64,000 bases of DNA from Candidatus Aldehydirespiratoraceae bacterium (GTDB taxonomy: Bacteria; Actinomycetota; Acidimicrobiia; Acidimicrobiales; Aldehydirespiratoraceae): NCBI GenBank assembly GCA_965204595.1, contig CBDBEW010000014.1, positions 405,034-469,033 of the forward strand, given 5' to 3'. This document shows, in pieces, positions 53,940-64,000 of this stretch; the first letter of the stretch is position 1; the number at the start of each line of letters is the position of its first letter. The position numbers and the translations under genes are program-made. The notes beneath the pieces were generated by a model. It was not told where the DNA came from and made no database searches. It saw nothing but the letters and a program-made list of their open reading frames with translations.

Positions 53940-54737
53940 CTAGACGCGGCGGTGCTTGATTAACGTGCTGGTTCGTTCGGCGAGTTCGCTTTGCGCCGTG
54001 CGCTCATAGCCATGTTTAGTTATTGTGGCCACTATTGGATAGATACCTCTAATGGGGTCGGGCCCACCTGTAGCTGAATCTTCTTCTGCGGCTTCGTAAA
54101 GTGCGCTGATTGCTAGGTCTGTCGCGGTAGCAGCATCTGCGTTGGGGTCAAATCCAAGTTTGAGAACTGTTCCTGCGTGAAAGCTCCCTGATCCAGTTGT
54201 GGCGTATTCGGTGTCTTCGTATTTGCCGCCAGTCACATCATATTCAAATAAACGACCCATGCCTTCTTGCATGTCGTAGCCAGCAAAGATTGGCACCACT
54301 ACTAAACCCTGCATTGCTGCAGGTAAATTGGAACGCACCATTTGAGCTAACTGGTTAGCTTTGCCCTCAAGGCTCAAAGTTTGCGCCTCAACTTTTTCGT
54401 AGTGCTCTAGCTGCAATTGAAATAAGCGCACCATTTCCGCGGCTGGGCCTGCCGCACCCGCGATGGCGATGCCACTATATTTATCGGCGGGAAATACTTT
54501 TTCTATGCTGCGATGACTTATCAGGTGACCCGAGGTTGCACGCCGGTCGCCTGCAAGCAACACCCCTTCACTAAATCGCAGCGCAACACAAGTGGTGCCG
54601 TGGCGAAACTCAGTTGGTGGAATTTTCTGCTCATGTGTGGCGGTGGGTAAAGTTGGACTCATGATTCCGCTGCGTTTTAGCAATTCAGCAAAGTTGGGGC
54701 CTGGGTCTTGTGCGGGTTGGAAAATGGGTAGGTTCAT
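53940..54737 (-). CDS. prcB: proteasome beta subunit
   Basis: Propeptide followed by [10 protein letters not shown] (active-site Thr). Confidence 0.92.
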   Translation of the reverse strand: MNLPIFQPAQDPGPNFAELLKRSGIMSPTLPTATHEQKIPPTEFRHGTTCVALRFSEGVLLAGDRRATSGHLISHRSIEKVFPADKYSGIAIAGAAGPAAEMVRLFQLQLEHYEKVEAQTLSLEGKANQLAQMVRSNLPAAMQGLVVVPIFAGYDMQEGMGRLFEYDVTGGKYEDTEYATTGSGSFHAGTVLKLGFDPNADAATATDLAISALYEAAEEDSATGGPDPIRGIYPIVATITKHGYERTAQSELAERTSTLIKHRRV

Positions 54738-54928
54738 TCCCCGCCCTTTTGCACATAACTTTTCACAAATTCTTCAGCGTTGGTTTCTAACACTTCGTCT
54801 ATGTCATCTAGCAGTTCGTCAAGTTCAGCGGTTATTGCGGCACCTTGTTCGGAAGTTGAATGAGATGTTTCGGGGTTCTCTTGGGGTTCATTTTGGGAGG
54901 GCTTTCTTTTCTGTTCACGTTCTGGCAT
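54734..54928 (-). CDS. pup: prokaryotic ubiquitin-like protein Pup (C-terminal GGE)
   Basis: 64 aa, acidic. [31 protein letters not shown]-terminus. ATGA overlap with prcB. Confidence 0.92.
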   Translation of the reverse strand: MPEREQKRKPSQNEPQENPETSHSTSEQGAAITAELDELLDDIDEVLETNAEEFVKSYVQKGGE

Positions 54929-54942
54929 TGCTGGTCTCCTTG

Positions 54943-56451
54943 CTACGAACTTAAGCGACGAACCAGGTCTGTCGCGTTTTCGCTTTCCTCAAATATCTTA
55001 CCCAATACCGCGGCAGTAGCGCGCATGGGTTCTCTCATTGGTACTCGCCGTAAAGTGTCGTTACCCAAGTCAAAGACCACAGAATCCCAGTTGGCTGCTA
55101 CCACCGACGATGCAAAATGTTTAATACAGTTGCCACGAAAATATGCGCGGGTGTTATCAGGCGGGTTGTTGATCGCTTCTTCTGCTTCTTTGCCATCAAT
55201 AATCTGTTCTAGCCCTAAGCGAACTGCCAGCGATTTGTGGGGTCTCATATCGTGGTATTGAATGTCTAGTACGCGCAAACGAATGTCTTGCCAGGCAAGA
55301 CTATGGCGTGAACGGTATCTTTCTATGAGGAGATATTTGGCCACCCAATCTATTTGCTTGCCAAGCGTTAGAGGGTCGGTTTCTAGGGCACTCAGAACAC
55401 TCTCCCAACGGTCTAGTACTGCTAGTGCCACTTCCCCACCAACTGCTTCGGTTCCATAGGTTTCCACATACTTGCGGCTCTGATCATAAAGTTCCCATTG
55501 CACCTCAAGGGCCGTGATAGTTGAGCCATCAACTAGTTCAAGTGGTTTAGTGAGCGTAAGGTCGTTTGAGACACTTCGGATGGCAGCCACAGGCGCAGCA
55601 AAAACAAAGTCTCGGCTCAGCGCACCGTCTTCAATTAAAGCCAGCACTAAAGCGGTGGTGCCGACCTTGAGAAAAGTCGCCACCTGTGACATATTGGCAT
55701 CACCCACAATCACATGTAAACGCCGGTATTTCCTAGCATCTGCATGGGGTTCGTCTCGGGTATTAATGATGGGACGTTTTAGGGTCGTTTCCAGCCCAAC
55801 CTCTTCTTCAATAAAGTCAGCGCGTTGGCTTAGTTGAAAATGACTACCATCACTCGCCTGCCAAAGTGGTTCTACTCCTACTTTGCCGCTGCCACAATAA
55901 ATTTGGCGGGTAACAAAATGACTAATGCAATGGTTAACGATTTCGCCAAATGGCGTGGCGCGGTCAACAAGATAATTTTCGTGACAGCCATAACTATTGC
56001 CTTTGCCATCGCTGTTGTTTTTGTAAAGCACCAATTCTTGATCGTCTTGCAGGAATTCTTGAGCGGATTTCATAGCACGTTGCCCAATTAACTCAGCTGC
56101 CCGGTCATACAACACTAGGCTTAGCGCATCAGCGCATTCTGGTGTGGAGATTTCAGGGTGGGCGTGGTCTACGTAAAATCGGGCACCGTTTCGTAAGACA
56201 GCGTTCACCAAATGAGTTTCTGCGTTTTGGGTCTGAGCATCGCCAACTGAAAAACCCCTCACATCGTTGCCGGGGGTTTCATCGATAAAGTCCCAGTTAA
56301 CTTGATACGCCTGATCGTTGCTTAAATATTTTGCATCACGCAGGTAGGCATTGATTAGCAATGCCGAATCGGCGGAAGGCAAGGCGTTGTCAACACCACG
56401 GTGGCTGATGCCGTATTCGGTTTCTATGCCGATTGTCTTGGGAATGGACAC
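54943..56451 (-). CDS. dop: Pup deamidase/depupylase Dop
   Basis: PafA paralogue ([20 protein letters not shown]) located directly upstream of pup. Confidence 0.9.
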   Translation of the reverse strand: MSIPKTIGIETEYGISHRGVDNALPSADSALLINAYLRDAKYLSNDQAYQVNWDFIDETPGNDVRGFSVGDAQTQNAETHLVNAVLRNGARFYVDHAHPEISTPECADALSLVLYDRAAELIGQRAMKSAQEFLQDDQELVLYKNNSDGKGNSYGCHENYLVDRATPFGEIVNHCISHFVTRQIYCGSGKVGVEPLWQASDGSHFQLSQRADFIEEEVGLETTLKRPIINTRDEPHADARKYRRLHVIVGDANMSQVATFLKVGTTALVLALIEDGALSRDFVFAAPVAAIRSVSNDLTLTKPLELVDGSTITALEVQWELYDQSRKYVETYGTEAVGGEVALAVLDRWESVLSALETDPLTLGKQIDWVAKYLLIERYRSRHSLAWQDIRLRVLDIQYHDMRPHKSLAVRLGLEQIIDGKEAEEAINNPPDNTRAYFRGNCIKHFASSVVAANWDSVVFDLGNDTLRRVPMREPMRATAAVLGKIFEESENATDLVRRLSS

Positions 56452-56475
56452 TACTCAACCTCTTTGCTGTTAAGG

Positions 56476-57561
56476 TTACGACTCTTGGTTGATAACGTAG
56501 GTACGACGATAGCGATCACCAAGCAAAGCTAAGAACTCATGGGCAATGGTTCCAGCGTTTTGTGCGGCTTGGTCGATGGTTATATTCTGCCCCACAAACT
56601 CAACTTGGGTACCTTCAGCTAGTAACGATTCAGGAACCAAAGAGACATCTAAGGTGATCAAGTCCATTGATACCCGTCCAACAATTGGTGCTCGTGTGGA
56701 GCCAATATAGGCATAGGCAGTGCCCGCGGTAGACCTCAAAAATCCATCGGCATACCCCAGCGCAACCGTGGCAACCTTGCCGGCCGCAGCGAATTCAAAG
56801 GTGGCACCGTAGCCAACGGTATCGCCAACGTTGACCTCTCTTATTTGCAATATGGGAGCGTTCACGTTTACTACCGCATTCATGGGGTTTTTCTGGTGTA
56901 GGTATGGATTACCGCCATACAAACCAACCCCACAACGCACCAGATTGAAGTGATAAGCAGAACCCAAAAAAACCCCCGCAGAATTTGCTAACGAGGCACG
57001 GCCTCGCCGCAAACGGCTTCTGTACGCGGTGAAGCGGTTTAGTTGTTGTTCGTTGTGAGTACTGCCAACAACTTCTGCACATGCTAAATGGCTCATCACT
57101 AAAACAACATCAATATTTTCTAGTAGCCATGGTTGGCAAAAAAGTTTCTCTGCTTCGCTCGCACTTAAACCCGTACGGTTCATGCCAGTGTCTAAGTGGA
57201 TAACTGCCTGTAGCGCACATTGCTTACCCTTAGCTAGACGCGACCAACGGTGAATTTGTGAAAGGCTATTTAGCACTGGGATTAGTTGAGCAGCAGTTAG
57301 TTCTTCGCAATCTGTATGCGTAGCACCGTTTAGCACATAAATGTCCACATCTGCTAGCGCAGCACGAAGTTCTATACCCTCATCAATGTTGGCCACAAAA
57401 AAATGCCGACACCCCACGGCACGCAGAGCTTCTGCCACTTTCACACATCCAAGCCCATAAGCATTGGCTTTCACAACCGCAGCGCAATGTGCGGACCCCA
57501 CCAAATTGTCGATGAGTTGGTAGTTTGCTTGGATTTGCCCTAAGTCAATGTTGAGGTTCAC
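56476..57561 (-). CDS. alr: alanine racemase
   Basis: AAVVKANAYGLG PLP-lysine motif. Overlaps the gdh stop. Confidence 0.88.
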   Translation of the reverse strand: MNLNIDLGQIQANYQLIDNLVGSAHCAAVVKANAYGLGCVKVAEALRAVGCRHFFVANIDEGIELRAALADVDIYVLNGATHTDCEELTAAQLIPVLNSLSQIHRWSRLAKGKQCALQAVIHLDTGMNRTGLSASEAEKLFCQPWLLENIDVVLVMSHLACAEVVGSTHNEQQLNRFTAYRSRLRRGRASLANSAGVFLGSAYHFNLVRCGVGLYGGNPYLHQKNPMNAVVNVNAPILQIREVNVGDTVGYGATFEFAAAGKVATVALGYADGFLRSTAGTAYAYIGSTRAPIVGRVSMDLITLDVSLVPESLLAEGTQVEFVGQNITIDQAAQNAGTIAHEFLALLGDRYRRTYVINQES

Positions 57562-58829
57562 GGAAAAATACCGCGTAAACGGTAAACCTTCTGCAAAAGG
57601 GTTGCCGCTTCAATATAAGCGGCTAGGCGCCAACTACAACCTCTCTCTTTGCGAACTGCTCCGACACGGTCGCAAGCATCCCAAATTGAATCACGCAACT
57701 TTTTATCAATGTTTTGTTCGGTCCATCGGTTGCTTGTCTTGTTTTGAACCCATTCATAATAAGACACCACCACTCCTCCAGCATTAGCCAAAATATCAGG
57801 GATTAAATGAACTCCTCTATCTTCAAGGATTGAGGTAGCTTCGGCGGTAACAGGTCCGTTGGCTGCTTCAACGATAGTGGCGGCACGAATATCGTGGACA
57901 TTGTCTGAAGTGATTTGTGTTTCCAGAGCCGCTGGTACTAACACGTCCACATCTAGAGCAAAAAACTCCTTGGTGGTTATTATGTCGCAGTCAGCGAAAT
58001 CAACCACACGGCGGTGCCCTTTGGTGTGTTTGATTAGTGCAGGCACATCTAAACCTTTAGGGTTATAAATCGCGCCACTAATGTCTGCTATCGCCACGAC
58101 TTTCATATTGAGTTCACTAAATGCCGCGGCTGCGTGAGAGCCAACATTGCCAAATCCCTGTATGGCTGCACTTTGTTGATTCAAGGAACGATCGAGTTGA
58201 CCATATAGATGGCGCAGTGCATATGCCACACCACGGCCCGTTGCTGCTTCTCTCCCGAGGCTGCCACCTAGTTCAACTGGCTTGCCAGTTACCACCCGCC
58301 GAGCGTTTTGTCTTTCTCCAGGTCCTCGCGAGTTAAGATAAGTGTCCATCATCCAAGCCATGGTTGTGGCATCGGTTCCCATGTCGGGTGCTGGTATATC
58401 AAATTCGGGGCCGATGTTGCCTCCTAAGGAGTGGGTGAAGCGCCGCACGACCCTTTCAAGTTCAACCCTGCTGTAGTTAGAAGGATTGATGCGCACCCCA
58501 CCCTTAGCACCACCAAATGGCAAATTTAATAAGGCACACTTGAAGGTCATCCACGTTGCTAGTGCTCGCGCCTCGTTCAAGTCGATGCTTTGATGAAAGC
58601 GCATTCCACCCTTATATGGACCCAAAACGTTGTTGTGTTGAATGCGGTAGCCCTTTAGCACTTGGTGTTCACCGCTGTCTCGCAGCACCGGGAAGTTAAC
58701 GATTAACTCGTTCATTGGTTGCATTAGCACCCGACGCACTTTTTGGTCCATCTCGATAGCTTGCGCGGCTGCTTTTACATTTGCCGTGGCCTCTTGGTAG
58801 AGACGGGTTGAGGTTCTTTTTTTGTTCAA
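57558..58829 (-). CDS. gdhA: glutamate dehydrogenase (about 420-aa class)
   Basis: GPYKGGMRFH and PFGGAKGG motifs and a GFGNVG dinucleotide fold. Confidence 0.9.
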   Translation of the reverse strand: MNKKRTSTRLYQEATANVKAAAQAIEMDQKVRRVLMQPMNELIVNFPVLRDSGEHQVLKGYRIQHNNVLGPYKGGMRFHQSIDLNEARALATWMTFKCALLNLPFGGAKGGVRINPSNYSRVELERVVRRFTHSLGGNIGPEFDIPAPDMGTDATTMAWMMDTYLNSRGPGERQNARRVVTGKPVELGGSLGREAATGRGVAYALRHLYGQLDRSLNQQSAAIQGFGNVGSHAAAAFSELNMKVVAIADISGAIYNPKGLDVPALIKHTKGHRRVVDFADCDIITTKEFFALDVDVLVPAALETQITSDNVHDIRAATIVEAANGPVTAEATSILEDRGVHLIPDILANAGGVVVSYYEWVQNKTSNRWTEQNIDKKLRDSIWDACDRVGAVRKERGCSWRLAAYIEAATLLQKVYRLRGIFP

Positions 58830-58879
58830 CGGTCGGTTGCGAATCTAGTCATTTAGGGTTCCATTCATTTAAGCTCCAT

Positions 58880-60634
58880 TTAGAGGAACTGCCCAGATGT
58901 CAGCGATTCAATTGACTTGCCGCCGCTTTGTTCTTCATCGCTGTGCGCCAAGGTGCGGACAAAAACAATTGGTTCGCCTTTCTTTCCAGAAATCTTAGCC
59001 CAGTCATCAGGGTTGGTAGTGTTTGGTAAGTCTTCGTGTTCTTTGAACTCTTGACGAATGGAAGCCAGCAGGTCTTCTGTGCAAATCCCTCTGCTACCAC
59101 CACTTATTTCTCTTTTGATAGCTAGTTTTTTAGCTCGACGGACGATGTTTTCAATCATTGCGCCAGATGCAAAATCCTTAAAATACATCACTTCTCTATC
59201 GCCGGTTTGGTAGGTGACTTCGAGAAAACGGTTGTCTTGTTCGGTGCTATACATTGAACGCACTGTTTCTTCTATCATGTATTGAATAGCTTTGTCTACG
59301 TCTCCCCCACCGTGGGTCTCAATTATGCTCGCATCGATTGGTACGTCAGCTGTGAGATATCGAGAAAAGATTGGTGCTGCTGCCTCTGCATCAGGTCTGT
59401 GTATTTTGATTTTCACATCAAGTCGTCCTGGGCGCAAAATTGCGGGATCAATAAGGTCTTCGCGATTAGAGGCACCAACCACGATAACATTGCGAAGCGT
59501 CTCAACGCCATCGATTTCAGCTAGCAACTGTGGCACGATGGTGGATTCAATGTCTGAACTAATGCCGCTACCACGTGTGCGAAAGAGAGATTCCATCTCA
59601 TCAAAAAACACAATGACGGGCCATCCCTCTTCACTTTTTTCTCGTGCCCGTTGAAACACCAAGCGAATTTGCCGTTCGGTTTCACCAACATATTTATTGA
59701 GAAGTTCGGGCCCTTTAATGTTTAGGAAATAACTGTGTGCTTTGCTGTCGCCACTCATTTCTGCAACTTTGGTAGCGAGACTGTTAGCCACAGCTTTAGC
59801 AATTAGAGTCTTGCCGCAGCCCGGTGGGCCATACAACAAGATGCCTTTCGGCGCAGGCAAAGCGTAATCAGCGAATAACGCGCCATGTATAAATGGCAGT
59901 TCAACTGCGTCGGTGATTTCTTCTATTTGTTGCTCAAGCCCACCAACATCAGCGTAAGAAACGTCAGGCACTTCCTCTAGGATCAGGCTTTCCACTTCGG
60001 GTCTTGGCAACCGTTCTAAGACAATATTGGCCCGGGGATCAACTAACAAGGTGTCGCCACTACGCAATGGGGTCTGGCGAACACTGTCACTTAATTCAAC
60101 CACCCGTTCTTCATCAGCGTGCCCCACAATCAACGCTCTTTTATTGTTGTTAAGCAGTTCCTTGAGGGTTGCCACCTCGCCAAATCTTTCTGGCTGGCGG
60201 ACATATACCACATTTAGTGAGTCGTTTAGTGCTACTTCACAGCCGCGGATGAGCTCTTTGTGCAGTTCGGGCTGCACTTCTACCCGCAATTTTCTGCCAC
60301 TAGCAAACACATCAACTGTGCCATCATCGTTGAGTTCTAGCACGGTGCCGTAACCCGAAGGAGGCTGAGTTAGTTTAGTTATTTCCTCTCGAAGTTTAGT
60401 GATGTGTTCACGGGCCTCGCGCAGCATGGAATCAAGTTTCTCGTTCTGTCTAACAGTTTTTCTCAATCGCGCTTGTTCTTTACTGAGATGTTGCTCGAGT
60501 TCAACTACACGTTTTAACTGGTCTTGTTGGTGTAGAGATTTCAGTTCGTCTTCTAATTCTGCTATACGCATGTGCAACTGGTTTACCTGAGACTGTGATT
60601 TCTCCACTCTTCCTCCTGAACCCATATCGCGCAC
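58880..60634 (-). CDS. mpa: proteasome-associated AAA ATPase Mpa/ARC
   Basis: N-terminal coiled coil, Walker A GPPGCGKT, Walker [11 protein letters not shown], and C-terminal ...SGQFL (GQYL-like proteasome-docking tail). Confidence 0.92.
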   Translation of the reverse strand: MRDMGSGGRVEKSQSQVNQLHMRIAELEDELKSLHQQDQLKRVVELEQHLSKEQARLRKTVRQNEKLDSMLREAREHITKLREEITKLTQPPSGYGTVLELNDDGTVDVFASGRKLRVEVQPELHKELIRGCEVALNDSLNVVYVRQPERFGEVATLKELLNNNKRALIVGHADEERVVELSDSVRQTPLRSGDTLLVDPRANIVLERLPRPEVESLILEEVPDVSYADVGGLEQQIEEITDAVELPFIHGALFADYALPAPKGILLYGPPGCGKTLIAKAVANSLATKVAEMSGDSKAHSYFLNIKGPELLNKYVGETERQIRLVFQRAREKSEEGWPVIVFFDEMESLFRTRGSGISSDIESTIVPQLLAEIDGVETLRNVIVVGASNREDLIDPAILRPGRLDVKIKIHRPDAEAAAPIFSRYLTADVPIDASIIETHGGGDVDKAIQYMIEETVRSMYSTEQDNRFLEVTYQTGDREVMYFKDFASGAMIENIVRRAKKLAIKREISGGSRGICTEDLLASIRQEFKEHEDLPNTTNPDDWAKISGKKGEPIVFVRTLAHSDEEQSGGKSIESLTSGQFL

Positions 60635-60802
60635 TACCTTAGGTTACTTTTCGTGAATAGAATTTGAATGCGAATTTCCACAATAACGCCTTGAAATTAT
60701 CTCAGTGGGGGTTGTCATATTCTATTGTTGAACTGTTATCATTGGTGTAGCATAGTCAACAAGCGGCGAACGCTGCATACATAAATGAGGTCGTAAAGTC
60801 AC

Positions 60803-61036
60803 ATGAAGGTTTGGATCGATCAAGATCTTTGCACGGGAGATGGTCTCTGCGAAGAAATAGCACCCGATGTTTTTACACTTCTCGACGATGGCCTAGCCTA
60901 TGTGCGAGAAGGCGACAAAGTATTTTCAGATCCAGGTGGTCCCGAAGGTCTTGCGGTCGTTCCCGAAGGCCAAGAAGAGGCAACCATTGAATCTGCTGAA
61001 GAGTGCCCCGGCGAGTGTATTTTCATTGAGGTGTAA
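60803..61036 (+). CDS. fdx: small ferredoxin
   Basis: CTGDGLCEEIAPDVF...ECPGECI cluster-binding pattern. 77 aa. Confidence 0.85.
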   Translation: MKVWIDQDLCTGDGLCEEIAPDVFTLLDDGLAYVREGDKVFSDPGGPEGLAVVPEGQEEATIESAEECPGECIFIEV

Positions 61037-61063
61037 CTTACTCTATTTGGGACGAAACAATCG

Positions 61064-61852
61064 TTAGTCACTAAATAGCCTCGCACTTGTCAAAAACCCA
61101 GTGTGAGCCACCATACGATGATTTGGCCTAACCGCCTGATCCACCACATGCCAACCCCTATTTAGCACTTCAATTGTTTGTGCCAAACCGAAGCGGGAAT
61201 TTTCCAAATGCTTATGCAATTGTGATACCTGCATGATGCTTGGGGTGTATGCCACAAATAAACCACCCGGGCGTAGTGCTTTTTCAGCGTGAGATACCAC
61301 CTGCCACGGTTCTGGTAGGTCAAGCACCACCCGGTCAAAGTCGTTTTCACTAATGCCCTCATAGGAGTTGCGTTGGCTTGTTTTGTAGCGCGCGAGAATT
61401 TCGTTGCCCAAGAAACGACTGACATTAGCGATGGCTTTCACCAAAAAGTCTTCTCTTATTTCATAACCAGTGATGTCAGCACCAGCTTGCAACATGGCAG
61501 TTGACAAAGCTCCACTACCCAAACCAGATTCGAAGACCCTCACACCAGGGAATATGTCTGCCAACAGCAGCAATGGTCCAATATCTTTGGGGTAGATGAC
61601 TTGCGCGCCGCGGGGCATCTTTAGGACAAAATCGGCCACGGTCGGTCTAAAAGCTACAAAAGACATTCCTCGGCTTGATTTCAATGAACTACCTTCGCGT
61701 GATCCGATTATTTCATCGTGTCGCAACACTCCACAATGAGTGTGGAACTCACCATTTGAGGACAAGTCGATTAAGTAGCGACGGTGTTTGCGATCAACAA
61801 GCAAGACCATTTCACCTACCTGCAGCGGACCTCGCGGTCTCAAAGGCATCAA
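61064..61852 (-). CDS. trmI: tRNA (adenine58-N1)-methyltransferase TrmI
   Basis: GAQVIYPKDIG motif and SAM motif VFESGLGSGALS. Its position next to mpa matches mycobacteria. Confidence 0.85.
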   Translation of the reverse strand: MMPLRPRGPLQVGEMVLLVDRKHRRYLIDLSSNGEFHTHCGVLRHDEIIGSREGSSLKSSRGMSFVAFRPTVADFVLKMPRGAQVIYPKDIGPLLLLADIFPGVRVFESGLGSGALSTAMLQAGADITGYEIREDFLVKAIANVSRFLGNEILARYKTSQRNSYEGISENDFDRVVLDLPEPWQVVSHAEKALRPGGLFVAYTPSIMQVSQLHKHLENSRFGLAQTIEVLNRGWHVVDQAVRPNHRMVAHTGFLTSARLFSD

Positions 61853-62065
61853 CTACTTAGACTTAAAATGACTAATATGCAGCGACTTGCCCACCTCTAA
61901 TTTTTCAGAAAAAACCACCGGCATATCGGATCGTTTAGCTACTTTGGTTAGCCAACAGCGCACTGATCGTAAGAGGAAGACAGTCAACCAAAAACGTGAA
62001 CCTCCCACCACACCCCGTCTAAAGCTCTTTACTTGCCAAAGCTGTGTCAGCGATCTTATGGTCAC
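61853..62065 (-). CDS. small hypothetical protein (70 aa)
   Basis: Fills the gap between neighbouring genes exactly, with its stop abutting the trmI start. One hydrophobic segment. No homology recognised. Confidence 0.3.
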   Translation of the reverse strand: MTIRSLTQLWQVKSFRRGVVGGSRFWLTVFLLRSVRCWLTKVAKRSDMPVVFSEKLEVGKSLHISHFKSK

Positions 62066-62079
62066 GCGCGAACCTGAGC

Positions 62080-62292
62080 TTACAGTCTGCGTATCTCAAC
62101 TACCGTTGAGCGGACAGCACCGACACGACGACCAAGTCGGTAAGCGACGAAAAGTGCGACAACACCAGCTCCTACGAAGAGTGGGAGCAAGCGCTTAGCC
62201 GTGCCTGTGGCCTTTTGTTCAAAATCGCCAACTATTGAACGAAGGGTTGAGTCAAGGTCTTCAGGTGTGACGATTTGGTCATTTGACTTCAC
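62080..62292 (-). CDS. small membrane protein (70 aa)
   Basis: The GTG at 62292 forms a GTGA overlap with the upstream stop. TM segment LLPLFVGAGVVALFVAY. Confidence 0.45.
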   Translation of the reverse strand: MKSNDQIVTPEDLDSTLRSIVGDFEQKATGTAKRLLPLFVGAGVVALFVAYRLGRRVGAVRSTVVEIRRL

Positions 62293-62585
62293 AGAGTTCT
62301 CTTTCTGATTTGATTCAACAAAAGTGCTAATATGATCACCACGCCAAGCAGGGTAAGGGCATAAGGTGCCCAACTCAAGTTACCGCTAAATGTGCTACCA
62401 GTTTCTTCTTGCAGCACTCTCAACATGGCTATTGTGGAGAGGATACCAGCGAGCATTAACAAAGCTGACCCCATTAGACCAAAGCCAATCCAGCGAGGTA
62501 TAGCTTTGAGTGGTTGCAATAGTTCTTGCCGTGCATATTCTTTAACCTGGTCAAAGAAGTCAACGGGTCCAAGTCGATTTGCCAT
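62289..62585 (-). CDS. two-TM membrane protein (actinobacterial 'holin-X'-like family)
   Basis: Two hydrophobic helices (WIGFGLMGSALLMLAGILSTIAML and YALTLLGVVIILALLL). The pattern resembles the Phage_holin_3_6 family, which is common in actinobacterial core genomes. Confidence 0.5.
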   Translation of the reverse strand: MANRLGPVDFFDQVKEYARQELLQPLKAIPRWIGFGLMGSALLMLAGILSTIAMLRVLQEETGSTFSGNLSWAPYALTLLGVVIILALLLNQIRKRTL

Positions 62586-62641
62586 AACTAATTAGACTAG
62601 GGGAGAATCTCGCCGCTGCATGTGTTTAGCTTGTTTCTGTG

Positions 62642-64000
62642 CTAGAAACTCAAAGGGCGGAGCAATTCCTTGGCTGGACCATAGTTTTCGGGATAACGAG
62701 CCACCGCATCAAGTAAACTTGTTTGGAGTTGATTACATGATGTGAAGTCGTTTGCGTTAGGTTCACGATTGGCAATTAGGACGAAGGTAACGATTGAACC
62801 GTTATCTGCAATCATTTCTCCCAACAAAGCAGTAACACCACCTCGGTTCACGCTGTGCAGACGAATATTTGTGCCTGCTGGTGGTGTGCAGGGTGCTAGC
62901 ACGCTAGCACTAATGGGCGTAAGCGCAGAACTAATAACCTCATTACTGGGTTCTTTTTCGATCAGTGCCATTAACAAACTACATGTAACCCTATTTAGCC
63001 TAGACAGACCCGACCCGTCTCTCGGTTGGACACTTTCTGTCGGTAATCCTTGTTGAAACAAGGCTATTTGCATGGCATAGAACGCATCACTAGAAGCAGG
63101 AGATAGACCGTTCACACGCCCCACCTCTTTGAAGAGCATTTCCGCGGTGGTGCCATCTATGAGAGCCCGTTTAGCTATCTCTGTGATCGTTGGAGATTCT
63201 ATCTTTGCTAGTTCTTCTTGGTCGGCTAAAGGGGGTTGTTCGCCACTTCTTGCAGGGGTTAAAACACTGATACCTCGCTGGGTCAACAACTCAGTTAGAA
63301 GTGCAGCAGCCGCAGCAGCGGGTTCTTCAGTTCGTATTAGTGGGGTAGTTGGGGTGTCTACTATGAAACCATTGTTCACTAAAAGTGCTGAAAGAGGACC
63401 GACTTGATTATCGGCATTATCGGACTCTGTCCACACCGAACCGAGGTAATCAGTTTCGGTTGGTGAGAAACGAAACTCATCACCTACTACCCCTCCAGCA
63501 ATCGTAGTTACGCCGCGTTGACGTAATGCTGCGCTCAAATTGGCAGCAAGCTGTTCAAGGCTTGTTGCTGCCCGGTCATCTGCAAAGCGCGCCAAAAAGT
63601 CACTTGTCGACAACACAGGATCGGCACCACCGACAAAAAAAATGTCACCCTGGAGCACCCCATCTTCTATCGGGCTAGTGGTGTTGCTAACTACTTTTGT
63701 GACAAATACAGACTCAGCAGGCAAACTCTCAATAGCTGCGACTGTCACGAGACGTTGCAATTCGGCTGCTTCATATCCAATCGAAGCATTTTTTGCAGCG
63801 ATTTCTAAACCGTCACGATGAACCTTAAGACAGTGCTTGGTCGGTACGCCCGGTTGTGCCACTACAGCACTCACAGCAGCTGCAAATTCTTGGTTGGAAG
63901 TTGGTAACCGAAGCCACTCTGGTATTCGCCGCGCATTAATAATAGGGGTAGACAACACGCTGGTGTTGGTCGGGGTTGATTCTTGGGGGTTGGCCGCTTG
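62642..64000 (-). CDS. PBP4/DacB-like (peptidase S13 fold) protein lacking catalytic motifs; 5' end probably outside the window
   Basis: S13-like blocks GDIFFVGGADPVLS, VGPLSALLVNNG and DGSGLSRLNRVT. The frame stays open upstream to nt 64000. Confidence 0.65.
   Translation of the reverse strand, partial: QAANPQESTPTNTSVLSTPIINARRIPEWLRLPTSNQEFAAAVSAVVAQPGVPTKHCLKVHRDGLEIAAKNASIGYEAAELQRLVTVAAIESLPAESVFVTKVVSNTTSPIEDGVLQGDIFFVGGADPVLSTSDFLARFADDRAATSLEQLAANLSAALRQRGVTTIAGGVVGDEFRFSPTETDYLGSVWTESDNADNQVGPLSALLVNNGFIVDTPTTPLIRTEEPAAAAAALLTELLTQRGISVLTPARSGEQPPLADQEELAKIESPTITEIAKRALIDGTTAEMLFKEVGRVNGLSPASSDAFYAMQIALFQQGLPTESVQPRDGSGLSRLNRVTCSLLMALIEKEPSNEVISSALTPISASVLAPCTPPAGTNIRLHSVNRGGVTALLGEMIADNGSIVTFVLIANREPNANDFTSCNQLQTSLLDAVARYPENYGPAKELLRPLSF

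Noticed and set aside
62080-62585. Holin-like membrane protein plus small TM proteins, considered as a prophage lysis cassette.
   Set aside because: No endolysin, terminase or other phage genes are nearby. The genes sit between core genes (trmI and the PBP4-like gene), and this 'holin-X'-like family is common in actinobacterial core genomes.
1-64000. Search for tRNA, rRNA, tmRNA, RNase P, CRISPR arrays and intact insertion sequences.
   Set aside because: Intergenic regions are short, and none shows cloverleaf-like structure, repeat-spacer periodicity or a full transposase. Only two short transposase scars were seen.

Overview
This looks like a moderate-GC actinobacterial chromosome segment. 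Gene order parallels the Mycobacterium tuberculosis his-trp and paf/proteasome regions (from memory). There are three blocks. (1) 1-27.2 kb, almost all + strand: the end of dnaE, a tightly coupled nine-gene purine operon (purL with two fused PurS-like repeats, then purQ-C-E-K-F-D-M-N), menA/menG, nth, and a his-trp supra-operon (hisDCBHAF, an IS scar, hisI-trpE-ygfZ-like-trpF-trpB-trpA). (2) 27.2-43.1 kb, an accessory island: small secreted or anchored proteins, two transposase scars, an NT5C-like nucleotidase and a hotdog thioesterase. It also holds an m5C-methyltransferase plus frameshifted endonuclease cassette bracketed by 52-bp direct repeats. The most interesting element follows directly: a co-directional, translationally coupled cassette. 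It encodes a small membrane protein, a type-I membrane vWA/MIDAS protein with a DPF-repeat cytoplasmic tail, a 1092-aa tubulin/FtsZ-like GTPase (GCGGSG and AGGTGAG loops) and an 865-aa two-TM partner. A K/R-rich protein follows. A dif-like site lies at 41.7 kb, close to the point (43.1 kb) where gene orientation flips, so the island probably sits at the replication terminus. (3) 43.1-64 kb, almost all - strand: GNAT, an acidic zinc-ribbon protein, a tandem-domain ThyX-like protein, an M20 hydrolase, tatC/tatA and lepB. These are followed by a compact Pup-proteasome locus (pafCBA, prcAB, pup ending GGE, dop, alr+gdh inserted, mpa), a ferredoxin, trmI, small membrane proteins and a PBP4-like protein lacking all three catalytic motifs. 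I saw no rRNA, tRNA or CRISPR. All family assignments come from motif recognition by eye on the supplied translations; no searches were run.
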